32,000 nt of DNA. It comes from Trichodesmium erythraeum IMS101 (GTDB lineage Bacteria > Cyanobacteriota > Cyanobacteriia > Cyanobacteriales > Microcoleaceae). The translations under genes were made by a program, and so were the position numbers. Of the stretch, positions 7,332 through 17,666 are shown piece after piece; the first letter of the stretch is position 1, and each line of letters begins with the position of its first letter. Below the pieces are notes generated by a model. It was not told where the DNA came from. It ran no database searches and saw nothing but the letters and a program-made list of their open reading frames with translations. The stretch is from NCBI RefSeq assembly GCF_000014265.1, contig NC_008312.1:2160001-2192000 (forward strand). Direction: 5' to 3'.

Positions 7332-7469
7332 AGCTTTTACCTAGTTGTAATTGAATTGCTTTGTATTATGGTAATTTATTTTTAAAAGTGTAAAAATAGA
7401 ACAATTTTTCAAGAAACTTTAACTGATTTAAAATATTGCTCAATAGACTCTATTACCAACTTATTAAAG

Positions 7470-7682
7470 GTAAACATTCAGCACTTAAAAAATCAGCTCT
7501 CAGGTTTTGAATTTATGCAAGTAACTACTAAGGTTACCTGATGACCAATTACATAACATACCTAATATACGGATGCTGTCTAAACAAACTTTTTAATTCT
7601 CCTTAGAGACTAATTCCTACTTCCAATATAATCAGTGAATAACTCATAGCTAATAGCTGAATTCTAATCCCTGAATGCTTAC
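7470..7682. mobile_element. MITE-like element, copy A (213 bp)
   Basis: Terminal inverted repeats are GTAAACATTCAG ... CTGAATGCTTAC. The internal sequence (e.g. AACTACTAAGGTTACCTGATGACCAATTACATAACA) is about 75% identical to a second copy at 16512-16769. There is no coding capacity. Confidence 0.65.
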
Positions 7683-7778
7683 TATTAGAGTGAATATTAT
7701 ATTCAGGCGATCGCATAAAATAATATTGCCTAATTGATAATTATATTAACCCAGTAATTTTAGCCGTCAAAAAAATCC

Positions 7779-8330
7779 ATGAACGACAAAAAAACCATAC
7801 TTCAAGCTTTTCTACTCGAATATGAAAAATTGAAAGAAGAGCAACTAAAACGTATTGAATTCCGAGACCAAATGATTTATATAACCCTAGGAATATTTGG
7901 TAGCATTCTCTCCTTTGCTCTATCAAACAAAACTAATTTGTATGCCCTCTTAGTTATTCCTTGGGTTTGCCTAATTCTCGGTTGGACTTATATAGTTAAT
8001 GACGAAAAAATTTCAGCTATCGGAAAATATATTCGACTGACTCTCACTGAAAAAGTCAAAACACAAACAGATTATTCAGATATAGAATCTATATTTAGTT
8101 GGGAAATTGCTCATAGAAGTGATAAAAGAAGAAAAAGGCGCAAAATAGAGCAGTTAATTATTGATGAAATTACCTTTGTTTTCTCTGGTTTAGTAGCTTT
8201 ATTTACTTTCTGGTCTCTAGAGACAAATCTTCCCTTAGTAATTCATATATTTTGTACCTTTGAACTTCTTCTATTAGCAGTTCTAGCCATAGAAATTATC
8301 ATTTATGCCGATCTAGCTAAAGGTCGATAA
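7779..8330 (+). CDS. Hypothetical 4-TM membrane protein with an N-terminal amphipathic/coiled segment
   Basis: 183-aa ORF divergent from the cassette. Hydrophobic segments are IYITLGIFGSILSFAL, LYALLVIPWVCLILGWTYIV, ITFVFSGLVALFTFWSL and VIHIFCTFELLLLAVLAIEIIIYA. A basic loop reads HRSDKRRKRRK. I did not recognise a family. Confidence 0.55.
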   Translation: MNDKKTILQAFLLEYEKLKEEQLKRIEFRDQMIYITLGIFGSILSFALSNKTNLYALLVIPWVCLILGWTYIVNDEKISAIGKYIRLTLTEKVKTQTDYSDIESIFSWEIAHRSDKRRKRRKIEQLIIDEITFVFSGLVALFTFWSLETNLPLVIHIFCTFELLLLAVLAIEIIIYADLAKGR

Positions 8331-8517
8331 ATTGCAATTTTTATTCTTAATAATTAAGATAAACTTAGACGATTATGAGAATATTTGACTATTAGTTAAA
8401 ATCAGGATTAGAATCAAAAAAAATCTAATTTCAAGAAAATGTTTAAAAAATACTTTTAAGGATTGATAAAATCTAAAAACTCACCCCTTCCCCACAAAAA
8501 AAACGGGATTTTCACAC

Positions 8518-8559
8518 CCTCTCTTTTCCATGAAGAGTGGTTTGGAGAGAGGTTTTTTT
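8518..8559 (+). terminator. Possible intrinsic terminator
   Basis: A CCTCTCT (8518-8524) / AGAGAGG (8546-8552) stem is followed by T7 (8553-8559), about 190 nt downstream of the 7779..8330 ORF. The loop is long (21 nt), so the call is weak. Confidence 0.35.
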
Positions 8560-9562
8560 ATGAGTTAACAAACAATTTATAAAAGCAGAATTATTTACTG
8601 AATAATACTTTAATATAGCCATCCGTATTTCTTATGTAAAATCACACGCCTTCAATTAAAATAGCTTTAACTCCTGTGACTTCAACATAAGTGACTCCTG
8701 GGTTAAAATAGCAATTTTTACTTTTCAAATACAAAACTTCTGCCTTCTGCTGTCAAGCCAAAAATATCCCTATTCTAGATTAATGAAAACTGCTATAAAA
8801 CTAGGAAAAAATCTGAGCGATCGCTGCTTTTAGCCACATCAGAAAGTCTAGTTAACCAATCAACAGATATATACTATATACAGTAGATTCTAAGTAATCC
8901 TGTAACCCCACCATAAATGTACCCAAACAAGCTGTCCTCAACCTTCTGAGAAACTTACAATTATCTACATAAATATCTGAAGATCCTCACCCTATATCAA
9001 TTCTATTCAGTGCTTCACTCTGGCAAGGTTTTTTGGTAGTTATTGGGGTGCAATTCAGTTTTGAATTCAAGTAGCATGAATAAAGATAATTACAGACTAT
9101 CATAGAGAATAACAGATTATAGCCAACAGCTTACATGCCCTCAAATACCCAATCAAAGAATATTGTATTCAACTAACCAAAATACTCTTCAAAAAAACCT
9201 ACAATAATCTGAAAAATCTATTATTATCTCTTCTGTGGATATTCGATTATATTTCTCAGAGTTATCCTATTCCTATTCGCTAATTTCAATAGCCTACTCA
9301 ATCTGGTAAATTTTTATCTATAGTATAGACCTATACTTATAAGCGCAGAACATAATATAGGAGCATAGTAATTATTACTCAAAGACATTTATATCATTCT
9401 ATCTATAAACTAGGATAAATTCTATAAATTTGCTTTCCTTGAAATTACCAAACACCTATCATTACTGAAAATTTATTAACTCAAATTAAAATTACAATCG
9501 CCCAGTATATGATAATCTAATTTTTTATACGATAAATTTGCTGTTGTACAGAGGGAAAAAAA

Positions 9563-9763
9563 ATGCTAACGTTTCTAACATTACTATTTCAATTTTTACT
9601 ACTTCTATTAGTAGTCTTATCCTTTATCTTAGTAGTTGGGGTACCTGTTGCCTATGCTTCTCCTCAAATCTGGTCTAAAGGTAAACCTTTAATTTTTATT
9701 GGTTCTGGTTTGTGGTTATTACTGGTAATCTCAGTAGGTGTTCTGAACTTTTTAGTCGTTTAG
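9563..9763 (+). CDS. psbZ: Photosystem II reaction centre protein Z
   Basis: 66-aa two-TM protein. [27 protein letters not shown]...LNFLVV matches the cyanobacterial PsbZ (Ycf9) consensus that I recall ([20 protein letters not shown]...LNFLVV). Confidence 0.9.
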   Translation: MLTFLTLLFQFLLLLLVVLSFILVVGVPVAYASPQIWSKGKPLIFIGSGLWLLLVISVGVLNFLVV

Positions 9764-10543
9764 TCCAGGTTTAGCTAGAGCATCAAGAAATCTCTAAGCC
9801 ATAATCTGAATTTTGCCTGAAATGAATCGGCTGTAAATTAATGGCCATTAAACCCCATGAATTAATAGATATTGTTTTTTGCACTCTTGGCCAAAAATTG
9901 ACATAATCATAACCCTAATCAAGCTAACCTTTCCATTATGGGCCATCAGACAAAATTCATCAGGTAAAATCAAGGAGTTGGAAATAAGTCTGTTTGAACA
10001 GCTCGAGGAAAACTACAGGCGCGGGTTTAAACCTGTATTCTTTTAGGTTAAACTACTTGGCTTAGTTTAACAAAAGTAATCTGAATAGATTTATACCAGA
10101 CAGACTAGAGGTATTTTTGGCTATGCCATTAAGAGTTAAAATTGCCGTGATTTCAAGTCCGTCGATTATATTCCCCTTAAAAATTCTTGCGACCTTAGTC
10201 CGGGAAGTGTCAATCTTGTCCTTCAAAGCAACATTGTGATGTGTCTGGAACAAAACCCAGCCAGAAATATCAAACATATAGCAATAGGACATTTCCTTCT
10301 TAAAGCATGCCCCAGTCCGATAGAATTCTGGGATGGTATAACCAAAAGTCCATCACTCAACTGGTTAGTCTAGGAGTATGTGAAATTAATCTAAATTGGC
10401 AATATACAAAATGTAAGATAGGAAACAATGAATTTTAAGAGACAGGAGATAGGAAGTTGGTTATTACTTACTATCTCTAGACTCTTAAAACAAATAACTA
10501 TCACCTTTGACCCCAATAATTAACATTAAAAAAAAATTCTGAT

Positions 10544-11125
10544 ATGACAGTTTTCGAGGGAACGTTTACTCAAGTTGACTCTTTACGCTTTGCTATTGTA
10601 ATTGCTCGTTTCAACGACTTAATTACTGGCAAGCTGCTTGAAGGTTGTCAAGATTGTTTGAAACGCCACGGTGTCGATCCAGATCCAGATGGTACTCAAG
10701 TTGATTATGTTTGGATACCAGGCAGTTTTGAAATTCCTCTAGTAGCACGTCAATTGGCTATGAGTAATAGCTATGATGCAGTAATTTGTCTAGGAGCTGT
10801 AATTAAAGGCCAAACTCCTCATTTTGATTATGTAGCTGCTGAAGTCTCTAAAGGAATTGCTGCCGCAGCATTTCAAACAGGAACACCTGTAATCTTTGGA
10901 GTTTTGACCACAGATACTATGCAGCAAGCTTTGGAGAGAGCTGGCATTAAAAGTAATAAAGGTTGGGAATATGCGATGAATGCCCTAGAGATGGGAAGTT
11001 TGATGCGTCAAATTAAGGGTAGTATTAATTCTTCACCAAATAATTATAGTATTACTGGTAAAACTCAAGCACTCCCAATAACTTCAAACGATTTTATAGA
11101 GTCTGATATATCTCCAGAAGTATAA
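10544..11125 (+). CDS. ribH: 6,7-dimethyl-8-ribityllumazine synthase
   Basis: 193-aa ORF. It carries [52 protein letters not shown] and [11 protein letters not shown], which are canonical RibH motifs. A C-terminal tail of about 35 aa is S/N-rich. Confidence 0.95.
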   Translation: MTVFEGTFTQVDSLRFAIVIARFNDLITGKLLEGCQDCLKRHGVDPDPDGTQVDYVWIPGSFEIPLVARQLAMSNSYDAVICLGAVIKGQTPHFDYVAAEVSKGIAAAAFQTGTPVIFGVLTTDTMQQALERAGIKSNKGWEYAMNALEMGSLMRQIKGSINSSPNNYSITGKTQALPITSNDFIESDISPEV

Positions 11126-11223
11126 CTAAGTTCATCAAAGATTTACTCTCAAAAAAAAAATTTTTGCTTAGAGGTTGACAAATAAAATTATTTATGAAAT
11201 TATATAAGAAGTAGTCAAAAATT

Positions 11224-11295
11224 GCGGGTATAGCTCAGTGGTAGAGCGCAACCTTGCCAAGGTTGATGTCGCGCGTTCGAATCGCGTTACCCGCT
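11224..11295 (+). tRNA. tRNA-Gly (anticodon GCC)
   Basis: It folds by hand into a cloverleaf. The acceptor stem is GCGGGTA/TACCCGC, the D arm GCTC-AGTGGTA-GAGC, and the anticodon arm CAACC-TTGCCAA-GGTTG. The T arm is GCGCG-TTCGAAT-CGCGT. CCA is not encoded. Confidence 0.95.
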
Positions 11296-11749
11296 TAACT
11301 AAAACTATAAAATATTTTATACTATATTTTTGAAAAAATACTATAGGAATATTATGAGTACTATATTTATTTATCAAAAATCATTTATCATCTATCAGTT
11401 AACCATAATATAATTCTACGACTCACAGCAGAAGATTTTGTCATAAAGTATGGCTAGCATAAACTGTTGAGTCAGGTTCTAGTTTAATAGAGGCTTGAAT
11501 TGCAATAATATAATCAATCTCAAGTTTTGGATAATATTTTTTCAAAATACTTTTTCAATAAATACTTTTGGTTACAGTAACATTATTTATTCATTTTTAT
11601 CTAATTGAATTGCTGGCTTTTTCTCTGGGAAACTATAAGCAATTAACCCCGCAATTATATTCACTATAAAATTCGGCACACTTCGATATCAAGAGTGAAC
11701 AAGTTATGAAATATTTTGTAATTTGTCATTGACAGTTTCAATTAATGAA

Positions 11750-12619
11750 GGTTTTCCTACACATTAATTTCTCCCATAAATTTACTAATTTATTTTTCGG
11801 TAGTCTTGCATAATAATGGTAAGATATAAGATGTTTAGAGTAATAAAATTCAGTTTGTACCAGATGAATTGTTCTAAATACCAGTCTACTAAAATTATAA
11901 AGCGTAAACATACTCACTTTGGTAAACGTCGCATCCCTTGTTAGCATTCTGGTCGACAATTTGTGGAACATCCTAGCAAACAGCCTATTAATGAAGCCAA
12001 AAGAATATTGATTGATAAAATGTTGCTAGAGCGATTAGCATTGGCTGCGATAGCTAGAACGACTGGCGTTTCCGCACTTATGGTTACAGATGTACGTCAA
12101 TAATAAACATGAGCAAATTCAACAGGAAATTAATGTTACCCAAAAAAAACAGGCAAATTGACAATTTCCTATAAATGAAATGTGGTCTTATGTCGAGTCT
12201 AAAAGCAATAATCAATAGATTTGGCATGCTTAAGATATTAACGATCGCTCAATTGTAGGAGTATATATTGGCGTAAGGGAGCAAGTGCGACAGCTACATT
12301 GCTCTAAACAATTAGCTCAAGGTTTTTGGGAATCATTACCCTCAGTATATGGTCAATGTGCTATTTGCTATACAGATTTTTGGGGAGCTAGTCTGAGGAA
12401 GTTTTACTTTTAAAGCGACATTGAGCTATTGGTAAGGATATAGGAAAAACTAGCTATATAGAAAGGCTTAACAATATGATGGGAAAGCGTGTTGGAAGGT
12501 TAGTAAGAAAAGCATGATCTTTTTATAAAAAGTTAAGCAATCACATTGGAGCTATATGGAACTTCATATATTATTATAACGACACAATTTGTACTTGATC
12601 ATTACTATGCAGGACTACC
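11750..12619 (+). mobile_element. Decayed IS1-family insertion sequence (transposase pseudogene)
   Basis: Imperfect terminal inverted repeats are GGTTTTCCTACACATTAAT (11750-) and the reverse complement of ATTACTATGCAGGACTACC (-12619). The translated frames give an InsA-like N-terminal segment (NCSKYQSTKIIKRKHTHFGKRRIPC*HSGRQFVEH), in which the first Cys of the expected zinc-finger motif reads Lys, and ...LLERLALAAIARTTGVS. They also give InsB-like NEMWSYVESK, SLPSVYGQCAICYTDFWGA and a terminal YIIITT. Multiple in-frame stops interrupt these. An A8 run near 12145 sits where IS1 elements have their frameshift site. Confidence 0.7.
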
Positions 12620-12940
12620 TATTTTTTATATTTTTCTGATAAGGAGTTACTAACTTTAGATTACTTGCGTTTAATTTCTTAAATAATTTTTGATAGATAT
12701 AGCTTTGATATCCAAATAAACTTACCCATAAATTTTGATATCAAAAGGGAACTGGTTTCCGTTCCTATAGTTTACCTAATGTTACTGTAAAAGCTAAGAT
12801 TTCTCAAATTTCATTAATAATTAAGTGGAGTGAAACATTCAAAATACCAATCTACTGAACTTTTACCCCATCTTGCTAATTCCTTAAAAACTTTATTTCT
12901 TTTTGGTCTTTTATTATGACAAATATATGTTTAAAAAAGA

Positions 12941-12964
12941 CTAAAAAATCGCCCTAGAAGGGCT
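12941..12964 (-). terminator. Possible intrinsic terminator downstream of desC
   Basis: On the minus strand a GCCCT-tct-AGGGC hairpin (12951-12963) is followed by GATTTTTT. The stem is only 5 bp and lies about 240 nt after the desC stop. Confidence 0.3.
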
Positions 12965-13202
12965 AAGTTTTAAATCCAATTTTTTGGTACAAAGTAAAAG
13001 GGTGAACAAGACAATTTACGAAACTACTAAATTGCTCTTCAATGATGGGTTACGACAGAGCCTAAATACCTTACACCTCAAATTTTAGCTATAAATAACT
13101 ACTCTAGAATAGACCTCTCCAAAAATGCCAATTTTAAAATGACGGGGTAAAGTTTAGAGAATCTTTTCTAGAGATATCTCATAACGAACTATTAGCTTAA
13201 AA

Positions 13203-14015
13203 CTATTTTGTTGCTAATTTCACGTTAGTAGCTAAACCAAAAGCTTGCAATAATTGAATCATCATCCAAGTTGTATCAATTTCCCACCATTTCAAACCAT
13301 GACGTGCTGAATACTGAAAAGCATGATGGTTATTGTGCCAACCTTCACCATAAGTTAACACAGCTACCCACCAACAATTAGTCGAAGAATCACCAGAATC
13401 ATAAGTACGATAACCAAACTTATGAGTGGCACTATTAACTAACCAAGTACAGTGAAAAACAGCTACTATCCTTACAAAAATACCCCAAACTACAAAAGAC
13501 CAACCTCCTATAAAGAAAAGCAAAATACCAAAAGCAAATTGAATGAGAATAAAATTAGCTTGCAAAAACTTGTAAACAGGGTCGTTTGCTATATCTTTTG
13601 TGTAGCGAGATATTTCAGACTTCATTGGTAATTTATGGAGCATCCAACCCATATGACTCCACCAAAAACCACGATGAGAGTCATGAGGATCTTGTTCATT
13701 ATCTGAATGCTGGTGATGAATACGGTGTAAGCCTACCCAATCACAAACTCCACCTTCACAGGCAAGTGTACCGCAAAAAATAAAAAAATATTCAAGCCAT
13801 TTAGGAGTTTTAAAGCTGCGGTGTGTAAGCATACGATGAAAGCCTAAGGTAATACCTAGACCACCTGTAACCCAGTGTAAGAGTAGGGCTAGGCCAACTG
13901 CAGTCCAACTAAAGTTACTGGGAAATAGGGCGAACAAGGCTCCAATATGCAGGAACGCCATAAAGCCTATTATACTCCAATCAAGAGAAAGTGTTTTTGA
14001 TGTTGAAATTGTCAT
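13203..14015 (-). CDS. desC: Acyl-lipid Delta9 fatty-acid desaturase
   Basis: 270-aa ORF with the three histidine boxes HRMLTHRSF, HRIHHQHSD and HNNHHAF, plus the hydrophobic stretches typical of membrane Delta9 desaturases. Confidence 0.9.
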   Translation of the reverse strand: MTISTSKTLSLDWSIIGFMAFLHIGALFALFPSNFSWTAVGLALLLHWVTGGLGITLGFHRMLTHRSFKTPKWLEYFFIFCGTLACEGGVCDWVGLHRIHHQHSDNEQDPHDSHRGFWWSHMGWMLHKLPMKSEISRYTKDIANDPVYKFLQANFILIQFAFGILLFFIGGWSFVVWGIFVRIVAVFHCTWLVNSATHKFGYRTYDSGDSSTNCWWVAVLTYGEGWHNNHHAFQYSARHGLKWWEIDTTWMMIQLLQAFGLATNVKLATK

Positions 14016-14745
14016 AAAAAATCTTTAAGTTAATAAGTAGATAGCTCCAAAGAAACTAGCTTAATCAAAGCAGGTGTATATTTTTGCATAGGATATAGAA
14101 AATATTTTTTAAGAAAGTAAAAAATATTTTCTCATACTAGAACCTGGATGTTATTAATAAGCTATCAGCTTTTGGAATTAAGCTAGCTTCCTCAATAGAA
14201 ACTGGCTTAATAGCTTTTATAGATATGGCCTCAAATATCCATTTTGTATAAACCGAATGGTAATGGGGGAGTTAAAGTTTCCTTAAAAGACCTTAAAAAA
14301 GTGATCTTAACTGATGGCTGATTGGTTATTGTTGAATGCTTCTTTAAGTGTTTAAGTCTAAAATTACAAGTTTATAAAACAGGAAATTTTTATAAAAAAA
14401 TAGGACTATAAATATAGTAAATAAATATAGTAAAATTTATAAATTTTGGTAATTAATTGACTCGGAAAATTTGATTAATAAGAAAAGTCAACTATAATGT
14501 TGATACTAAGCTAAACAATGCTTTGTTTTTTAAGATTCTTGATTATTTTCCTCAAAATTGTCATAACCTTTTAATGAAACTTTTTTCTTTATAATTACAA
14601 TCAGCCTTAATATCTATCTAAAATTAATTTTTTTTGTATTTATAAAGAAACTTAGATTTTATTAATAGCAATATTAATAAGATAGATTTTATTTTTTTTT
14701 TTATTATATCACAAATAAAACAAAAACAAATTTAAAAAAATAAAT

Positions 14746-15996
14746 ATGAATAGTATTGAATATCTACAAGCTGGAGAACAAGAGCTATATCCCATATTTT
14801 CGGAAATTGATAGCTTGGTTAAGCAAAATCTCAGGGGGGTAATAGATGCTTTTCGTCATCATCGAGTAGGTGTCCATCATTTTTCTGGAGTTACTGGTTA
14901 TGGCCATGACGATATTGGCCGGGAGACTTTGGACAAGGTTTTTGCAGAGATTATGGGGGCTGAGGCAGCAGCAGTAAGAATCCAATTTGTTTCTGGAACT
15001 CATGCGATCGCCTGTGCTTTATTTGGGACTCTAAGGCCAGGGGATGAAATGTTGTCTGTTGTGGGCCCTCCTTATGATACTTTAGAGGAAGTAATTGGTC
15101 TCAGAGAAGAAGGCCAAGGTTCTCTGAAAGAATTTGGTATTAGTTACCGAGAATTACCCCTGACCGAAACTGGGACAATAAATTGGCAAGGGTTAGAATC
15201 TGCTGTTACTGAAAAAACTCGTCTGGCTTTAATTCAACGTTCTTGTGGTTATTCTTGGCGAGCTAGTTTAGCTATTTCAGAGATTGAGAAAATTGTCAAG
15301 ATAGTTAAGCAAAAAAATTCTGAAACGGTTTGTTTTGTAGACAACTGTTATGGAGAGTTTATTGAAGACCGGGAACCGATCGCAGTGGGAGCAGATTTAG
15401 TAGCGGGGTCTTTAATTAAAAATCCTGGTGGCACAATTGTTATGGCGGGGGGCTATGTAGCAGGTAGAGCAGATTTGGTGGAAGCTGCAACTTGTCGGTT
15501 AACTGCTCCTGGTATTGGTAGTAGTGGGGGAGCAACTTTTGAGCAAAATAGATTATTGTTTCAAGGTTTATTTTTGGCACCACAAATGGTGGGGGAAGCG
15601 ATGAAGGGAAATCATTTGACGGCTTATGTTTTTGATAAGTTGGGTTATGCTGTTAATCCTCTTCCTTTTGAAAAACGACGGGATGTTATTCAGGGGATTA
15701 AGTTGGGTTCCCCGGAAAAGTTAATTGCCTTTTGTCGAGCTATTCAGCAATATTCCCCTGTAGGGTCTTATTTAGATCCGGTACCGGGGCCGATGCCTGG
15801 ATATGACAGTCAGTTGGTTATGGCAGGTGGAACTTTTATTGATGGGTCTACTTCTGAATTTTCGGCAGATGGACCTTTGAGGGAACCTTATGTGGTTTTT
15901 TGTCAGGGGGGGACTCATTGGACTCATGTTGCGATCGCTCTGGAGGCGGCTATTAAGGCAGTAGGGAGTAGTAGAGATATTCTGCAACATCCCTAA
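14746..15996 (+). CDS. YnbB-like PLP-dependent enzyme (Met_gamma_lyase / 'aluminium resistance' family)
   Basis: 416-aa ORF. HHFSGVTGYGHDDIGRETLDKVFAEIMGAEAAAVRIQFVSGTHAI and GSLIKNPGG (presumed PLP-lysine) match my recollection of this family. The assignment is from memory of the family consensus. Confidence 0.8.
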   Translation: MNSIEYLQAGEQELYPIFSEIDSLVKQNLRGVIDAFRHHRVGVHHFSGVTGYGHDDIGRETLDKVFAEIMGAEAAAVRIQFVSGTHAIACALFGTLRPGDEMLSVVGPPYDTLEEVIGLREEGQGSLKEFGISYRELPLTETGTINWQGLESAVTEKTRLALIQRSCGYSWRASLAISEIEKIVKIVKQKNSETVCFVDNCYGEFIEDREPIAVGADLVAGSLIKNPGGTIVMAGGYVAGRADLVEAATCRLTAPGIGSSGGATFEQNRLLFQGLFLAPQMVGEAMKGNHLTAYVFDKLGYAVNPLPFEKRRDVIQGIKLGSPEKLIAFCRAIQQYSPVGSYLDPVPGPMPGYDSQLVMAGGTFIDGSTSEFSADGPLREPYVVFCQGGTHWTHVAIALEAAIKAVGSSRDILQHP

Positions 15997-16232
15997 TTTT
16001 TAGGAACAGGAGCCAACAATTTTTGGGGTAATCATAATTCATCATAATGCATCATGAAACGCGCAAATATCTTAATTTATAGTTTAATTCACGAACGCCG
16101 AACATGGATTATTTCCATAATATTTTCTCAAAATTATTCTAGAATTTAAAGATGTTCAATGATTTTTATAATAGGTTTAGTTTACTGATAGGAATTTATT
16201 CAAATGGGTGATGATAATTTCTAAATTCCAAA

Positions 16233-17635
16233 TATAGTAATCCGTGGGTAGGTCGCGACAGATATAATAGTAAGAATAGCATATCCAGTCAAAATAAAAA
16301 AAATAAGCGTTATGGATGAACTAGATGATTTTATCAATCAAATATGCATAGTCTAAAGAAATAAAAAGAGCCTAAGCGGTCAAAATGATTTTGTCGGGAA
16401 AATCCTAACATGAAGTCAAAGAATTATTAAATGTTTCTCACAGTTTTATTAGGGAATGGAAAAACCAAGCACTATTTCATGGCGTAGAAAGTTTAAGGCT
16501 TCAATATAAAGGTAAGCATTCAGATATTAGCAGTCAGCTCTGAGTTTTTTAGTATATGCAAACAACTACTAAGGCTACCTGATGACTAATTACATAACAA
16601 ACTTTCCTTTCCTTTCTTTTCCTTTCCTAACATACGGAATGCTACTTAACAGGAATTATGTGCAAACATAACTTTTTAATTTTCTTTGGATACTAACTAA
16701 TTCGTCTTTCTAATATAATGAGTTAATGACTCATAGGTGATGGCTGATAGCTGACTGCTAAATGCTTAAATATCAAGTAGTAAAATGTCATTTAAATGCT
16801 GTCGAAAAAGAGCAAATAATTGAGTTATTGAAGGCACAATATTATCTGAAATTATCAATTATATTTACAAATTTACAAATTTACAAAAATATTTAAAGAA
16901 GCAATATAATTTAGTATTTGAGTTCTTAAAAAAATATTATAATTTGCTCAAATAAGCTGAAATAAGTTGAAAAAAAACTCAAAAAAAGAATCTAGCTAAA
17001 AATGATGAATTAGTGAAAGTAAAAAAAGTTAGGGAGGAATTATTGACTAAATAGTAACCATAAATAGAAGCTGAAAACCTAACAGTTTTTGTGATTTACT
17101 AATGCCATATTTTATGAGGTTATCTTTCAGGCTATATTTTGGTAAGAAAAGATAAAACAATATAAATTCCGATTAAAAATGATTGGAAAATACAAGCTTA
17201 TTATAGAGCGTTAGACTATAAAAATAAGGGATTTATTATGCAATAATTAAAGAGTAAAAATACTGAAAATATCATTAAATTTGTTAAATATTTACAAGAG
17301 CAAAAATAAGAAAAAAAAATTTGTAATATTTGGGGGAGGTGCAACTGATCATAACTCTTAATAATTTCGAGAGTATTTGATGTTAATTAATCAAAATTTA
17401 CCAGAAGAAGAATAGTTGATAAATTGTACAAAATTTGCTCCAAATTTCTCTGAACAAAACCCGGTTGAAGATATGTATTTTTCAGGCAAAAATTTAATCA
17501 GAAAATTTCATCATCTTTGCAGTTATTTTAAAGTATTTAAGTTATTAGAAGTTTTTGGTGTTCTGGTCAAATATTTGATTTTCCTAAACTTTTTCAGTAT
17601 AGAATTTTGCCACAAGCAATTATAGGATTGCTATA
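16233..17635 (+). mobile_element. Decayed IS630-family insertion sequence (transposase pseudogene) interrupted by a MITE
   Basis: The ends are TATAGTAATCC (16233-) and GGATTGCTATA (-17635), which form an inverted pair. Frame fragments include KRAKAVKMILSGKS*HEVKELLNVSHSFIREWKNQALFHGVESLRLQYKG, then (after the MITE) LNAVEKEQIIELLK. The C-terminal relic is APNFSEQNPVEDMYFSGKNLIRK, compared with the IS630 consensus PPYSPxLNPIExxW. Many stops are present. Confidence 0.65.
16512..16769. mobile_element. MITE-like element, copy B (258 bp), nested in the IS630 relic
   Basis: The termini are GTAAGCATTCAG ... CTAAATGCTTAA. It is homologous to copy A at 7470-7682 and carries an extra CTTTC-rich insert at about 16592-16628. 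It splits the IS630 transposase reading frame after ...LRLQYKG. Confidence 0.65.
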
Positions 17636-17666
17636 GCTAGATAGTATTCTAGAGAATTAAAACTAG

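Noticed and set aside
7741-7926. Minus-strand 61-aa ORF overlapping the start of the 7779..8330 membrane-protein gene
   Set aside because: It lies antisense to a longer, more coherent ORF and has no recognisable features.
10062-10292. 76-aa minus-strand ORF between psbZ and ribH
   Set aside because: It has no recognisable motif and no convincing ribosome-binding context. The extended frame is full of stops on both sides. It might be a relic of something, but I cannot support a call.
10293-10543. Possible FMN riboswitch upstream of ribH
   Set aside because: I looked for the conserved FMN-element core helices and could not recognise them. The region is AT-rich without obvious multi-stem structure.
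11192-11377. 61-aa minus-strand ORF
   Set aside because: It runs antisense across the tRNA-Gly gene and is an artefact of ORF calling.
11738-11971. 77-aa minus-strand ORF
   Set aside because: It lies antisense within the left end of the IS1-family relic, and its translation is low-complexity.
13586-13783. 65-aa plus-strand ORF
   Set aside because: It is an antisense shadow inside desC.
14785-15990. Minus-strand ORFs 14785..15003 and 15772..15990
   Set aside because: They are antisense shadows inside the 416-aa PLP-enzyme gene.
17416-17625. 69-aa plus-strand ORF (non-ATG start)
   Set aside because: It is the last open fragment of the IS630 transposase pseudogene (APNFSEQNPVEDMYFSGKN ~ PPYSPxLNPIE motif), not an independent gene.
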